From: Rebecca billardiae RCC1528
Lineage: Eukaryota; Protista; Haptophyta
Reading direction: 5' to 3'
Assembly (NCBI GenBank): GCA_965240325.2
Contig: OZ251235.1
Span: forward strand, 1,860,001-1,924,000
DNA length: 64,000 bases
Under the pieces are notes generated by a model. That model did no database searches. It was not told the DNA's origin and saw nothing but the letters and a program-made list of their open reading frames with translations. Every line of letters begins with the position of its first letter. Positions within the stretch are counted from its first letter, which is position 1. Positions 30,100 through 43,272 of the stretch are shown piece by piece. Made by a program: the position numbers and the translations under genes.

Positions 30100-32579
30100 T
30101 CCTCCGCCTGCTGAAGAGTGCGCGCGCAGAAGTCGGCGAGGGCGAGCTGCGCGCGCAGGCGTGCGCGGAGCGCGCGCGCGCCTGCCGCCCACGCGCTGCC
30201 CTCGCCCTCCGTCGCCGCCTCGGCCTCCTCTTCCTCCTCCTCCTCCTCCTCCTCCTCAGAAGCGCCACCGCCGTCGCCACCGCCACCGCCACCGCCGCCG
30301 CCTTCGCCGCCGCCGTCGCCGCCGCCGTCGCCGCCGCCGTCGGCCTGGGCCGCGCGGCGCAGCTCCGCGTGCGCCGCGCGCTCGAGCGCATCAATCTCAG
30401 CCCACGACTCGGCCGACGCCGCCCCGGCGTCGCGGCGCGCGCGCGCGAGCTCCGCCGTGGCGTCACCAAGAGCAACGGCGATGGCGCGGCGCGCGGCCGC
30501 CGCGCGCCGCGCGCCGCCCAGATCGGATGCGCGGCGCCGCGCGTCCGCCTCCGCCTCCGCGTCGGCCGCCAGATCGCACAGCTTTCCCCGCACGGTGCCC
30601 AGCATCGTCGCGTGCTCCGCGGGCGTGCCGCCTCGCGCGGGCGACTTGCGCCGCAGCATCAGCCGACTCACGGCGAGCGAGACCGGAACCGAATCGGCGA
30701 GCGGCGGCGCTTGGAGCCCTGCCGCGGCCGCGCGCGATTGTAGCGCGCTGTTCCATTCGCCGAGCGCCGCCTTGGCGGCGAAGTGCTCGCCGCGCGCGCT
30801 CGCCGCGCGCGCCGCGCGCCGGAGCAGCCACACGCGCGAGCCCGCAAGCGCGCCGCTCAGCTGCGCATCCAACGTGCCGCGCGTGCGCGCGTCCGAGTCC
30901 GCGTGGAGCGCCGCGACGCGCGCGCGCAGCGCGGCACCGGCCGCGTCGCGCGCGCGCAGCAGCTCGCGCCACGCGCGCGCATCGTCCGCGGCGGCGGAGG
31001 GCGCGGCGCTGCGCCAGCGCTCGGCCACCTCGCGCAGCGCGGCGCGCGCGCACGCGCCGCCCTCCGGCAGCCCGATGATCCGCAGCGCACGGCCCAGCTC
31101 AGTCACGCGCTGCAGCGGCCGTAGCAGCGCGCCGCGCGCCTCGCGCGCGAGCGGGTGCGTTGCCGCCCACGCGTCTACGAACGCACGCTCGCAGCGGGGC
31201 AGCGCGCCGCGCGCGCAGTCGAGACTGGAGGGGTCGATCGCGCCGCCGCCGGCCGCGCCGCCGGCCGCCAGCGCGAGCGGCGCCAGAGCCCGGCCGGCAA
31301 CACCACCGCCGCCTGCGCCGCCGCCGCCGCCGTTGGCCGCGCCCGCCGGTGCCGCGCCCGCCGCGGCCGCGAGCGCGCTCACAGCGAGCACCGGAGAGAT
31401 CTCGAGCTCGAGATCGGGGCGAGCGCGCAGCGCGGCGAGCGTCGCCTCCGCATCGCCGACCCACGCGTCGTACAGCGCGCGCGCGCGCTCGGCCGCGTCG
31501 GCCGCGTGCGCGCGCGCCTCCGCCGAGTCCGCCGCCACCTTGAGAGCCGGCCAGTCGCCAAGTCGCTCAGCGGCGCCGAGCCGGCCGTGTGCCCACGCGC
31601 CGCGCTCCCACGCGGCGAGCGCGGCGAGCGCGGCGGCGTCGGCCGGCGGCCCGGCGGGCTCGTCGCCCTCGCGACCACCGCCGCCAGCCAGCCACGCGTG
31701 CGCCTTCGTGTAAGCGTCGAGCTCCGCTTGCGCGTCGTTGCGCGCCGCCGCCGCGAGCGCGGCGCGCGTGTGCGCGTGCCCGCCGAGTCGCGAGAACTCG
31801 GCGGCGGCGACGTCCTCTTCGCCAAGCGAGCGGTACAGGCGCGCGAGCAGCGCGCGCGCCTCCGCCTCCGCCTCCGCCTCCGCCGCGTCGCAGCCGTCGC
31901 CCTCGGCGGCGCACGCGCTCGCGCCCGCGGCGGGGCGCGCCCGCTTGGCTGGCCGGACGCCGTCGGCCGCGCCTTCGCCGCCGCGCGCCGTCGGCGTGCA
32001 CAGCAGCTGCTGCTCGAGGACGCAGAGCGCCGTCTGCACGTTCGCCGACTGCAGGCCGCTGGCGGAGAGCAGCGCCGGCGGCAGCCATCGCGGGTCCGGG
32101 TCCGCGAGCGCGAGCTCGTGGATCGCCCGGACCAGCGGCGCCGAGTGCGCCGCGCGGCCGAGCAGCGCGCTTGCGCCCGCGCGCAGCCGGCGGACGTTGA
32201 GCTGAGGCGGTGTGGCGGCGCGCAGTGCGGAGAGCACGGCGCACAGCGCGGCGGAGGCGGTCGGCGCGTCGGCGAGACAGAGCACGCTCAGCGGCCCGAG
32301 CACATCGCGCGCGCTGATCTGAATGTCCGGCAATTCACCCCGACGGTACCGGCGCAGTGGAGTCACCACGTTGCGCGCCGCGACCGCGCGCTGCGCGTCA
32401 AGCTGCGCGCGCGCGCGCCGCTTCGCCGCGAGCTCGAGCCGCTCGGAGCTGGAGAGACGGCTCGGGTCCGAGCCGCCCGCGCCCGGCGCGCCTGCCGGCT
32501 GCTGCGCCACGCCGCCGCCGCCGCCGCCGCCGAGGCGCAGGCGAGGCAAGGACCCTGGCCGCGCCGCGCCGCCGCCGCC

Positions 32580-32610
<31 letters not shown>

Positions 32611-35169
32611 CCAGTGCCGCCGCCGCCGTATGCGCCGCCGCCGGCCGCGTCGGCGCCGCCGAGCAGGCCGCGCCCCGCGCCGGGGCCACCCGCGCCCGCG
32701 CCGCGCTCGGCGGGCGCGGCGCTGTCCAGCAGCAGCTGCCCGTCCTGCGTGAGCGTCCATGCGAATTGGGCCGATTGCGTCGCGCGCACCATGCCGACTG
32801 CCGTGGCCGCCCCGGCGGCGCTGTCCGAGTGCGCGCGCTGCGAGGCGGCGGGCGGCTGCGGCAGCTGCGAGCCGCCGAGCCCGAGCGTCGCGGCGAGCGC
32901 GGCGCCGTGCTCGAGAGTAAACAGCGGCTGCAGCGGCTGCGACGCCGCCAGGACTCCCGGACTCAGTCCGGTGTCGAGCTGGCACGGGAGCTGCGCGCAG
33001 CCGTCGAGCGGGGCGCCGAACAGCGGCGCGTCGCAGCGCGGCTCGTCGCTCGCCGCGCGCAGCAGCAGGTGCGCGCACGCCGGCAGCCATGCCTCCTCCG
33101 CGCCCGGCGCATGCAGCGTCCGAAACGAAGCGCACAGCCGCTCGCCGAGCCCGCTCGGCAGCGCGGCGCGCCCGCCGGCCGCGTGCAGGAACGAGAGCGT
33201 TTCGTCGCGGACAGTGCGCTCGCCGTCGCAGAGAGAGAGCAGGACTGCAGTGCGCACGGCCTCGCGCGGCGCGGGCTCGGACGACGGCGGCTCAGCGCCC
33301 TCTTCGCCAGCCGACGACGCGCCGGCGCGCGCCGCACCGCCGCCATCGCTCCCGGCGGCCGCGCCCGACTCCGCGCCGCCTCCGTCGCGCTCGCACGCCG
33401 CGCGCCACGCAGCCTGCAGCGTGCGCTGGTACCGCGCGCGCACGGCGGCGTCGTGGTGCAGGGCGGGGCCGCGCGCGAGCGCGGGCAGCAGCGGCGCCAG
33501 CCACTCGAGAGCCCCGCCGACTCCGCCGCCGCCGCCGCCGCCGCCGTCGACCGCCATGGGCTCGGGATCGGCCGGCGCGCGGCCGGGCTCGGCGGCGCGC
33601 GCCGCGCCGCTCTGCTCCTGCTCCGCCGCGGCGCGCGCCTTGGCCTCGGCCTCGGCCGCGGCGTGCGCGCTGAGCACCTCCATGAGCTCCAGGGCAAGAA
33701 GCAGCGCGTCGGCGCGGTGCGCGCCGCACAGCTCGGTCAAGAGAGCATAGTTCGTCGAGCGCGGGCTGAACGGGCCGAGCAAGCCGGGCTGCAGCCTCGC
33801 GGCGCGCAGCACGCAGCGCAGCGCGCACGCGCGCGCGTCGCCGTGCGAGCTGTGCGCATGCGGCATGAGCGACGGCGTGAGGCTGTCGCACATGGCGAGC
33901 GCGGCGGGGAAGTGGGCGCAGACGGCATCCAGCGTCTCGAGGCAGCGCGGCTGCTTCGCCGCCGGGCCGGAGTGCAGCCGCATGACGTGCGCGAGCAGCT
34001 TCTCCTTGCACCAGCGCCGGAGCCATGCGCCCTCCGCATCGGCCGCCGCCGCCTCCGCCGCCGCCGCGCCGCCCGCCCCGCCGCTCTGATTCAGCAGCCC
34101 AGCCGCGCCCGAGCCTGCGCGCGCGCCGCCGCCGCGCGCCGCGCGCGCCCCGAGCAACTGCCCCGCCACCTCCGCCGCGGGGCGGTGCACCGTGCGGGAC
34201 GCGTGCTGCACGCAGCCCAGCAGCGCCGCGCACACGCGCTCCGCGCTCGCCGCGCCGTGAGCGCCGCCGGACGCCGGGGGCCGAGCGGCGGGTGAACCAT
34301 CCGCGCCGCCCGCCGCCGCCGCCGCGTCGCACCACGGCAGGCCGCTGCTCAGCAGCGCGCTCAGCAGGCTCAGACCGACCTGGCGCGTGCGCGCCTCCTC
34401 GCGCGGCGGAAGCTTCTCCCCGCGCGCGCCCAACCCCTCCAGCTGTGTCGCGATCAGAGCGGGCGGACAGCGCACGCGCGCCGCGCCGCCGCCGCCGCCG
34501 CCGCCTTCGCCGCCGCCGCCGCCTTCGTCGCCATCCAGCGCCACCAGCCTCTCGAGGAGAGCGCGCAGCACGGCGAGGTTGTGCCGCCGCACTGCCTCGT
34601 GCTCGTGCCCCGCGCTGCACACGAGCCGCGCGAGCAGCGCGTTCGCGCGCTGCAGGAACAGGGGCCGCGCGGCCGCGGGCACGCACGCGCGCGCCGCCTC
34701 GGCCGCGCTGAGTGCGCGCGGCGCGGCCGGCTCGGCCGCGCTGCCGCCGGCGCCGTCGCCGCCGCCGCCGTCATTCAGCAAGTCGTCGAGCTCGTTCTGA
34801 GCGCCGCCCGGCCCCGCTTCGCCTGCGCCCGCGCCCGCGTCCGCGCCGCTGTCGCACGCGAGCCACGCGCACAGCGTGCACAGAATCTCGCGCACGAGAT
34901 AGTTGAACGGAACGGCCGGCAGCGGCGTCCCATCGGTCGGGTCCAGCGCTGCGGGCAGCCCGCTCGCCTCGAGCGCCACGCGCAGCAGGAAGGGCGACCA
35001 CTGCGCGCGGTGCGGCTCGAACGGGTGCGTCCAGTTGAGCACCAGCCGCGCGATCACGCACCGCACGTGCACGCCCACCGCCGCCGACGCGCCGCCCGCG
35101 CCGAGCGCGTCGGCTTCGGCACCGCTCAGCTTGTGCAGCTCAGACATCCAAGCCGGCATGGCCGCCGCC

Positions 35170-35201
<32 letters not shown>

Positions 35202-38200
35202 CGCCGCGGCGGCGTCGATGGCGTGCAGGGCGCGCGTGGCGTGCAGCAGCGGCAGCATGGCGGGCAGGCCGTTGATCGGGTCCTGCTCCAGCTCGATGGC
35301 CTCGGCGCCGCCGGACTCCGGGCCGGACTCTGGGCGCGGCGCGGTGGCCGAGTCGGCGGCCGCCGCGCCCGCGGCCGGCGGCTGGCTCGGCCTGTGAGCG
35401 GAGGCGGCCTGCGAGGGGATGGAGGGCGGCGCCTCCGCCGCGCCCACGCCCTCGCGCGCGAGCGAGCCCGCGGCCGAGGCCGAGGCGGAGGGCAGTAGCG
35501 CGCGCGCCGCCGCATCCTGTGAGAGCGACGAGCCCATCAGCAGCTGCGTCCCGAGGTACACACCCCGGAGCGCGCCCGCGCCGCGCGCGCCGCCGCCGCC
35601 GCCGCCGGCTGTGAGCAAGCCGAGCGCGTCCGCGCGCGCCGCGCCCGCCGCGTCCGCGCTGCGCGCGAAGCTCGTCTGCAACGGCAGGCACAGCGCACCC
35701 CGCGCCTCGCCCACGCAGCCCGCCCAGAAGCCCTGATTATTCCCCAGCGAGATGATGTACTTGGCGCGAACGCTGGCCTGCTTGTCCGAGGCCTGCGTGC
35801 GCGCGATCACCGCCGCCATCGCGCCGAACGCCGCGGCGTGGCACTCGCGCGCCAGGCCAGGCAGCTCGTCGGCGCACGCGCCCGCCGCGCCGCCACGCAG
35901 CTGCTCCGCTAGGGGCGCCTGCTTCAGCGCGCACGCCGCATACACCGCGTCCACCTTGAGAGACGCGCGCGCGCTCTTGGCTGGCGGCGCGGGCACGTTA
36001 CCCACGTACGATGAGTACGCGCGCTGCACAGGGCCCTCCGCGCCGTCCTTGTCGCTCAGCGCCGCGGCGGGCAGCGAGTCGAAGATCGCGCCGACGAGTA
36101 GCAGCGCCTTCGTGCGCGCGCACAGCTCGGCGGCGCACGCCGCAGGGTCGTGCGCCGGGAGCGGGGGCAGCGCGGCCAAGCGCTTTCGCTCCGAATTCGT
36201 AGGGTCTCCCTTGGACGCCGCCTCCGCCGCGGCGCGCAGCCGGTCGCGCAGCGCCGCGGCGAGCGCAGGCACCGCCTCCGCCGCGAGGCTCGCGCCGACG
36301 TCCGGCGGCGCGAGCCTTAGCAGCGGGATTGCAATCTCGTGCACGACGGCCAATCGCTCGCGCGCGCTCAGCGCCGGCGCGGCCGCGCTCAGCGCCGCGC
36401 TCGGCGCGTTGCCGCCCGCCGCCGACGCCGCGGCGGCGGGCGCGGGGTCGGCCGACGACTCGCTCGCCTCGTGGCAGAGCCTCCAGAGCGCGTGCGCGGG
36501 CGTGCGCTCGGCGCGCGCGCCCGCGCCCGCGCCCGCGCCCGCGCCGCCGTGCGCCGGCGTCGCGCACGCGCGGAGCGCCGCGCGCAGCGGCGCGCGCAGC
36601 TGAGCATCCGCCTCGCTCCCGAGAAGTGCGACCGGCCGCGCCAGCAGCTCCCGGACAAAGCGCAGCTCTAGCAGAAGGGCGAGTACCGCGGGCTCGCGGC
36701 TGAGCTCGAGCGCGCGCAGCAGGTGGCGCAGCGCGCCGAGCAGCTCGGCGCGCGTGCGCACGCCGGACGCCACCGCGCTCGCGCCCGCGGGCGCGCACTG
36801 CTCCAGGGACAGCGGCAGCCAGCGCAGCGAGCGCCGCACCGCGCAGAGCAGAGCGTCGCGCGCGCCGTCGTCCGCGTCGCCGGCGCGCGCGTGCACGAGC
36901 AGCGTGGGAAGCAGCTCGAGAGCGCCTAGCCCCAGCCCCTCTGCCGCCGGCGCGCCGCCATCGCCGCCGCCGCCGCCGCGCGCGGGCTCGGCCGGCGGGC
37001 ACAGCAGCGCGCACGCGCACTCGCGCAGGTTGGCTTTCGACAGCAGCTCAGCGTCGGCGAGTTGCGGCGGCGGCGGCGGCATGGAGCCTTCCAGCTCTGA
37101 CGGCGGCGCGGGCGCGCCGCCCGGCGGCGGCGGCGGCCCTGGCGGGTGCAGCAGCAGCAGTGAGCGCAGCAGAGCGCGCGCCGCGCCCTGCAGCTCCGCG
37201 CTCGCGCTCGCGCAGCCGGGGAGCCACGGCGCGACGAGCGCGCGCGCGCGCGGCAGCACGGCCGCGACGACGCGCCGAGCATACGCGGGCTCGGCGCCGC
37301 GCGCGCACGCGCCGTCCAGAGTCGCCTGCAGCAGCGCGCGCCCGGTGCGCGCGCGCGCGGCCAGCTCGATCACACCCGGCAGCAGCGTGCCCGCGTGCTG
37401 CGCGCACAGGCTCGTGAGCACGGGCTCGAAGCGCATGCCGAAGAGCTCACCGACCGTGACGCCCGCCGCGCCGCCGTCGGCCGCCAGCTCCTCGGTGTCT
37501 GCCAGCACATCAATCAGCTCCGCCCGGCGCACGCCGATCTCGAGCGCGAGCTCAACGGCCGCGCTGCCGACGCGCACGGCCTCGGGCGGCGCGGAGGGCA
37601 GGAGGCGCGCGGCGGCGCGCAGCAGCGCCGCCGGCAGCTGCGCCGCGTCCGCGCCGAGCGCCGCCGACAGCACCTGCCGCTGCAGGCACCGGCAGCCATT
37701 GTACAGCGCCACAGCGTCACGCGCCGAGGCCGGGCCGTGCGCCGCCGCCGCGGGGCCACGGAGCGCGCCGCCGCCGCCGCCGCTGTCGCTGAGGGCGCCG
37801 AGCAGGCTGCAGCGCGGCTGCGCGAGCGTCTCGCGCAGCGCGCTCACCCAGCCGTCGCGCACGGCCGGAGCCGCCGCGGCGCCGAGCGCCGCGCACGCCG
37901 CCGGCAAGCGCGCAGAGAGCCGAGCTGCCTGCAGCGGCTCGCGCGGCGCCACACACACGCTCGAGGGCTCGAGCAGAGCGCGCGCGAGCGTGCGCAGCGC
38001 GCGCGGGCCGAGCAGTGGCGGCGAGGCGCGGGCATCGTCGTCGTCCGCCGCGCCCGCGCCGGGCTCCGCCCGCCCGGACGCGGCGGACGGCAGCAGCAGC
38101 GGGATCAGATCCAGGGCGGCGCTGAGAGCCCACCACCACGCGCGCTGCGCGCCGAGCGCGCGCGGCGGCGCGAGCCGCGCCGCGCCGAGTGCCGTCGCCG

Positions 38201-39780
38201 CCGAGCCCGCCGAGCCCGCCGGCTCGGCCCCGGCCTCCTCGTCCGCGTCCACGTCCATCGGAACGGGCGCGTCCTCGGCGGCGCCGCCGCCATCGCCGTC
38301 GCCGCGCCGCGCGCCGTCGCCGCGCCGCGCGCCGTCGCCGCGCCGCGCGCCCTCATAGCCCGCCGCCTCCGTGTGTCCCATGGCGCCGAGGACGGCGTCG
38401 AGCACGCGCGGCGCGCTCACGCCCGCGCGCGCGCACGCGGCGCACGCGCGCGGGCTCACGCCGAGCGCGCGCATCGACCACAGCGCCACGTCCAGTACGG
38501 CGTGGCACGCGCACAGCCAGGCCTCGACAGCGGCCTGCGGCGCGCCCGCGGCCGGCGGCGCGGCGCACGCCGCGGCGTGCGCGCGCAGCGCGAGCTCGAG
38601 CGCGCGCAGCGGCGCGCGCGCGCGCGCCGCCGCGGCGTCGGCGCCGTCGTCGGCACCGTCGGCGCGGAGCCACGCAAGCACGGCCGGCGCCGCGGGCGCC
38701 GTGCCGCCGCCGTCGGCTTCGTCGCCGCGCTCGGCGCCCGCGCCGCCGCCGCGCCCGCCGCCCGTGCCGACGTCGTCGTCTGAGCCGTCGTCGTCCGCGA
38801 CGGCGGCGCACAGGCTCTGCAGCAGCGTCAGGCAGCGGCCGCGCGCGAGCGGCTGCGCGCACGCCGTGCCCGTCGCCAGCAGCCAGCGCTGCAGCTCGCA
38901 CACGCCGCCCGCGAACGCGCCGCGCGCGGGGTTGCGCCGAGTAAGCGCTGAGCCGAGAGCGCCTCCGCCGCCGCCCGCGCGCGCCGCGTGCAGGTGGCGC
39001 GTCAGCACCGTCTCGAGGCGGTGCAGCGACGCGAGCGCCGCCTCGGCCGTGCCGAGCGCCGGCGGGTCCGCGTGCGCGTTGCGCAGGCACAGCAGCAGCT
39101 GCTGCGCCGCCTCGAGCGCGAACAGGTCGAGCGAGGCTTCGTCGTCTCGAGTCTCGCGCAGAACGGCTCGCACGCACGCGCACATGCCGAGCCGCCGGTA
39201 GGATGATGGGTGTGTTGACAGCGCGAAGAGCCGGCGGAGGGCGGACTTGAGGTTGCTGGCTGCTGCGGACGAGGGCTGCTGCGCACTCGCCGCGCCGCGG
39301 CCGCCGTGCGCGCCGCCGCCGCCGCCCTGCTTCAGCGCGTACCGCACGTACTCGGCGAGCGCGCGCGCGGCCAGCTCGCGCAGCGCGCCGCTCCGCGCGT
39401 CGCCGAGCGCCGCCGTCGCAGCGTCCAGCACCGCCATCCCCTCGGCGTGCTCGCGGTCGCGCGCGCTCGCGAGCCAGCGCATCGTCTGCATGCACAGCGG
39501 GTCGAAGAGCTGCCGGCTCACGGGCTCGGCGTCGGTCGCGAGCCGGAGCAGCGCGGGGTACAGCCGCTCGAGCAGGCGCGACGCGTCGCAGCCGCCCGGA
39601 CCGGTCCCGCCAACGCCGCGCCGGTGAGCGTTTGGGCTTGCGCTCAGCCCCAGCGCCAGTTTCGTCAGCGCATCGAGCAGCTCGCACGCCGCCACCTTCA
39701 CGTGCCGATCGGCCGCGCCGAGCGCGAGCGCGCACGCGCGCGGGAGGAGCGCGGACACGTCGACGCGGAGGAGGGCGGGC

Positions 39781-39811
<31 letters not shown>

Positions 39812-42800
39812 AGGCGGAGGCGGAGGCGGAGGCGCCCGGCGCGCACGGCAGCTCAAGCATCAGGGGGTCAAGCGCGCCCCAGCTCTCGAGGCCACTGCTG
39901 CCGCCGTCCGAGGCGGCGGCGGGCGCGTCGGCGCCGTCTGCGCTCGCGAGCAGCGCGCGCGCGCGCCAGCCCACGCCGCCGAGCAGCCGCACGATGCGGC
40001 GCTGCAGCCGCGCCGATTCCTCGCCGCCCAGCGCCGCCGTCGCCGCCGCCTGCCGCGCCGCGCGCGCGCCGCCGCGCGCGCCGCCGCGCCCGCCATCGCG
40101 CCCGCTGCCACCGCCGCCGAGCGCGGCCGCCGCGCGGTCGGCGGCGCCGCCGTCGCCCGAGAGCAGCAGGTACGCATTCAGTCCGGGGAACAAGTCCGGG
40201 AGGTGCGGGCTGAGCGCGGCGGGCATCTCGCGCAGCCAGCCCTCGAGCGCGTCAAGCGCCGAGCGCGCCAGCTCTGGCGACGACAGCCCGCCTTCGAGCG
40301 CCAGCCGCGCCAGCTGCGCGAACCGGCGCAGCCGCGGCCGCACGTGCGCCGCGGGCGCGGCGAGCAGCAGCACGATCGCGGCGGTCAGCAGCTCGTCCTT
40401 GAGCGCGCGCACGCGCACGCTGAGCTCGGGCAAAAAGTCGTCCAGCTCGAGCAGCAGCGCGCGCGCCTCATGCGGCGCGCGCCCGCGCCCGCGCCCGCCG
40501 CCGCCGCTCTCCTGCGACCGCGGCGCGGCCGCCGCCGCCGCCTCGGCCGCGCGCGGCGGCGCGTCGGCCGCCGCGGCCGCCGCCGAGTCCGCGCCGCCGA
40601 CCGGGCGCTCGGCGCCGAGGCCGTCGAAGTAGCCCTCGGACGCGCAGCGCACGAGCAGCGCGCGCAGCAGCCAATAGAACCCGGAGGCGTGCGGCGCGCC
40701 GCGCGCCAGCTCGATGAGCGCGCCGCCGAGGGCACGGGCCTCGCGCAGCAGCAGCGGCGCCGGCACGCCGCGAAGCAACTCGACGCCGAAGTCGCGCAGC
40801 CGCAGGAGCACGGCCCAGTCTGAGTGGTTCGACGCGGTGGCGGCCTCGTCCGCCGCCAGCTGCAGCAGAAGCGCCGCGTTTGTCGTCGTCGTCGTCCTCG
40901 TCGCCGCGCCCGCGCCGCCCTCCGCCTCCTCCACCGTCGCGCTCAGGTCGAGCTGCCCGAGCGCGCGCAGCAACGCGCGGAGCAGAGCGCCGAGCAGCGC
41001 TGCGCACGCGCGCTCGCGCGCGCCCGCCTCCTCCGCCGGCTCCTCGCCCTCTCGGATCGCGCTCCAGAGCTCGCCAGGCCCAGCGCTCGCGGCCGGCCGC
41101 ACCGCAGGGGCCTCATGCGCCTCCGCCTGGGCGCCGGCGCCCGCGCCGCCAGCCTCCGCGCCGCCGGCGCGGCCGGCGCGGCCGGCGCGCGCCGCGCCGC
41201 CCGAGCGCGCCGCCGCGCCCAGCGTCGGCGTCAGCAGCGGCAGCCACACCTTGCGCACATACGCGGCGGGCAGCGTGGTGGAGACCCGGGAGCCTGAGAC
41301 GCTGACCGTGCCCGCGATGGAGATGAGCAGCCCGCCCATCGCCAGCCCGCGCGCCACGCTCTCGAGCGCCGCCGCGCCGTGCGCGCCGAGCGCGAAGAGC
41401 AGCTTCCTCGAGGACAGCGCGCACAGCCACTGCTGCGACGCCGACATGCGCGCGAGCCGCCGCACCGCGACCGTGAGAAGGTGCTCGGAAAGTTCCAGGG
41501 TCGGAGTATCTAGCGCGGCGCTCGGCACGATGCGGATCATCGCGCCGAACGCGTCGATCACGCCCGCCAGCTGCCACGTCGACTCGTCCGCCGACGAGCC
41601 CTCCGCATACCCGCCGCCGCCGCCGCCGCCACCGCCGCCGCCACCGTCCACGCCCGCTCCGCCGCCGCCGCCGCCGTCGTCGAGCGCGTCGAGCGCCGAC
41701 GCGTGCGGGAAGAGAGTGCGCACGTACACGCACAGGTGGCGCAGCTGCGACGCCTCCTCGCCCGGCGCGAGCCTCGCCATCGGGCCCGCCAGCTCGCCGA
41801 TCAGCTGCACGACCAGCAGCACGCTCTCCTCCGAGTCCGAGCCGAAGCGCCGCGCGCCGCCACCGCCGCCCGAGTCGAGCGCCGAGCCGCGCGCGCCGTC
41901 CAGCAGCGAAGCCGTCTGCTTCGAGAGGAAGTTGTACGTGGGTACGGCGGCGTCGGGCGGCGTGGCGGGGTCGGTGAGGTGCGCGCTCACCGCGCGGAGC
42001 AGCGCAGTCAGCGCCGCGCGGCCGTGCCGCCTCAGCTCGGCGTTGTGGTGGCGGCAGAGCGCCAGCAGGGTCGGCCACTGCTGCGGCACGCGCGCCACCG
42101 CGGGCGGAGCGAGCAGCGTGCGCATGTGGCGCACGTACAGGCGCAACGCGGCGAAGTGCGCGGCGTAGCGCTTGACGTCTTCGAGCGGCACGAGGAGCAC
42201 CGCCCACACCGCGGCGAACACCTCGCCGAGCCGCGCCTTGTCCTCGCGCAGCTTCTTGCGCACCTCGAGCATAGTGAGCAGCCCGTTCAGACTGTCTAGG
42301 ACGCCCTCGTCCCGGGTTGCTTGCTTGGTCCGCGTCTGGAGGACCGTCAGCAGCCGGTGCAAGAGCGAGTCGCGGGCCACGCCGCCGTAGAACCGCCCCT
42401 TGTTCACCTCGAGGGCGGAGGGCGGGAAGCACTCGGGCAGCGCGCCCAGCAGCCTGTAGAGAGAGCCTTCCAGCGTGTCCGATATTTTCTTCTTGTTGGG
42501 GTCGTTGACGGCGTCCCAGCACACGCTGTACAGCTCGTGGACGCCGACGGTCTCGGAGAAGAGCAGGCGCGAGGCGATCGGTAGCAGCCGCACGATCACG
42601 TCGACCGCCGCCACCTTGACGAAGAACCCGCCCGAGCCCTCCGTGCTCGGCTCCTTGCCAAACGCGTACACGCATGCGTCCTTTATCCGGATCACGTGGT
42701 CGGCGATGCGGTCGCCGGCGAGCGCGACGTAGTGGTCGAGGAAGGCGAGGAGGCGGCGGCGCAAGTCGACGCACTCGCGGTACCGCTTGGCGCTCCCACC

Positions 42801-43022
42801 GTACGCGCTGAGCACGTCCGCGCCCGGCGGCGGCCCGATGAAGCGCAGCACACCCGCGTCTGCGCTCGTGAGGCGCGACTGCACGAGGGCGAGCTCGTCG
42901 GGCGAGCGCGCGTCGCAGAACATCTGCAGGTGCTGCACGATCTCCTGCACGTCCTCGCCGCCCTCCGTCGCCGCGCGCGCCACCGTGCGCAGCAGCGCCT
43001 CGAGGTCGCGCGCGTAGTCCAT
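27419..43022 (-). CDS. PRKDC: DNA-dependent protein kinase catalytic subunit; exons 43022-27898 and 27722-27419 (~5,142 aa)
   Basis: YRRGELPDIQI, LLVKGGEDLRLDQRIEQLF, LGVGDRHLDNFLV and GIDFGHAFGSAT.LLPVPELVPFRL. The GT-AG intron 27897-27723 restores the frame into the FATC [20 protein letters not shown]. Confidence 0.95.
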
Positions 43023-43272
43023 GCTGCTGCCTACCAGTGGCCAGCACAGGGCCACTCGCGCTCAGCCCTCGCTTGGCGTCCGGAGAAGCGCGGGAAAAGG
43101 CGGCCTTGTCAGGAGTCTGAGCGCGGGAACTCGGGAAGGCTGCCGTCGTCCGTGGGCAGCCGAGGCAGCGGAGCGGCGCGAGCAAGCGCGGCGCCCGGAC
43201 CGGGCGGACCAGGTCACGCCCGATCTCATCAGGCCGGTGAGCCGTTTGGCGCTGCCGCTGGACAGGTGCAGC

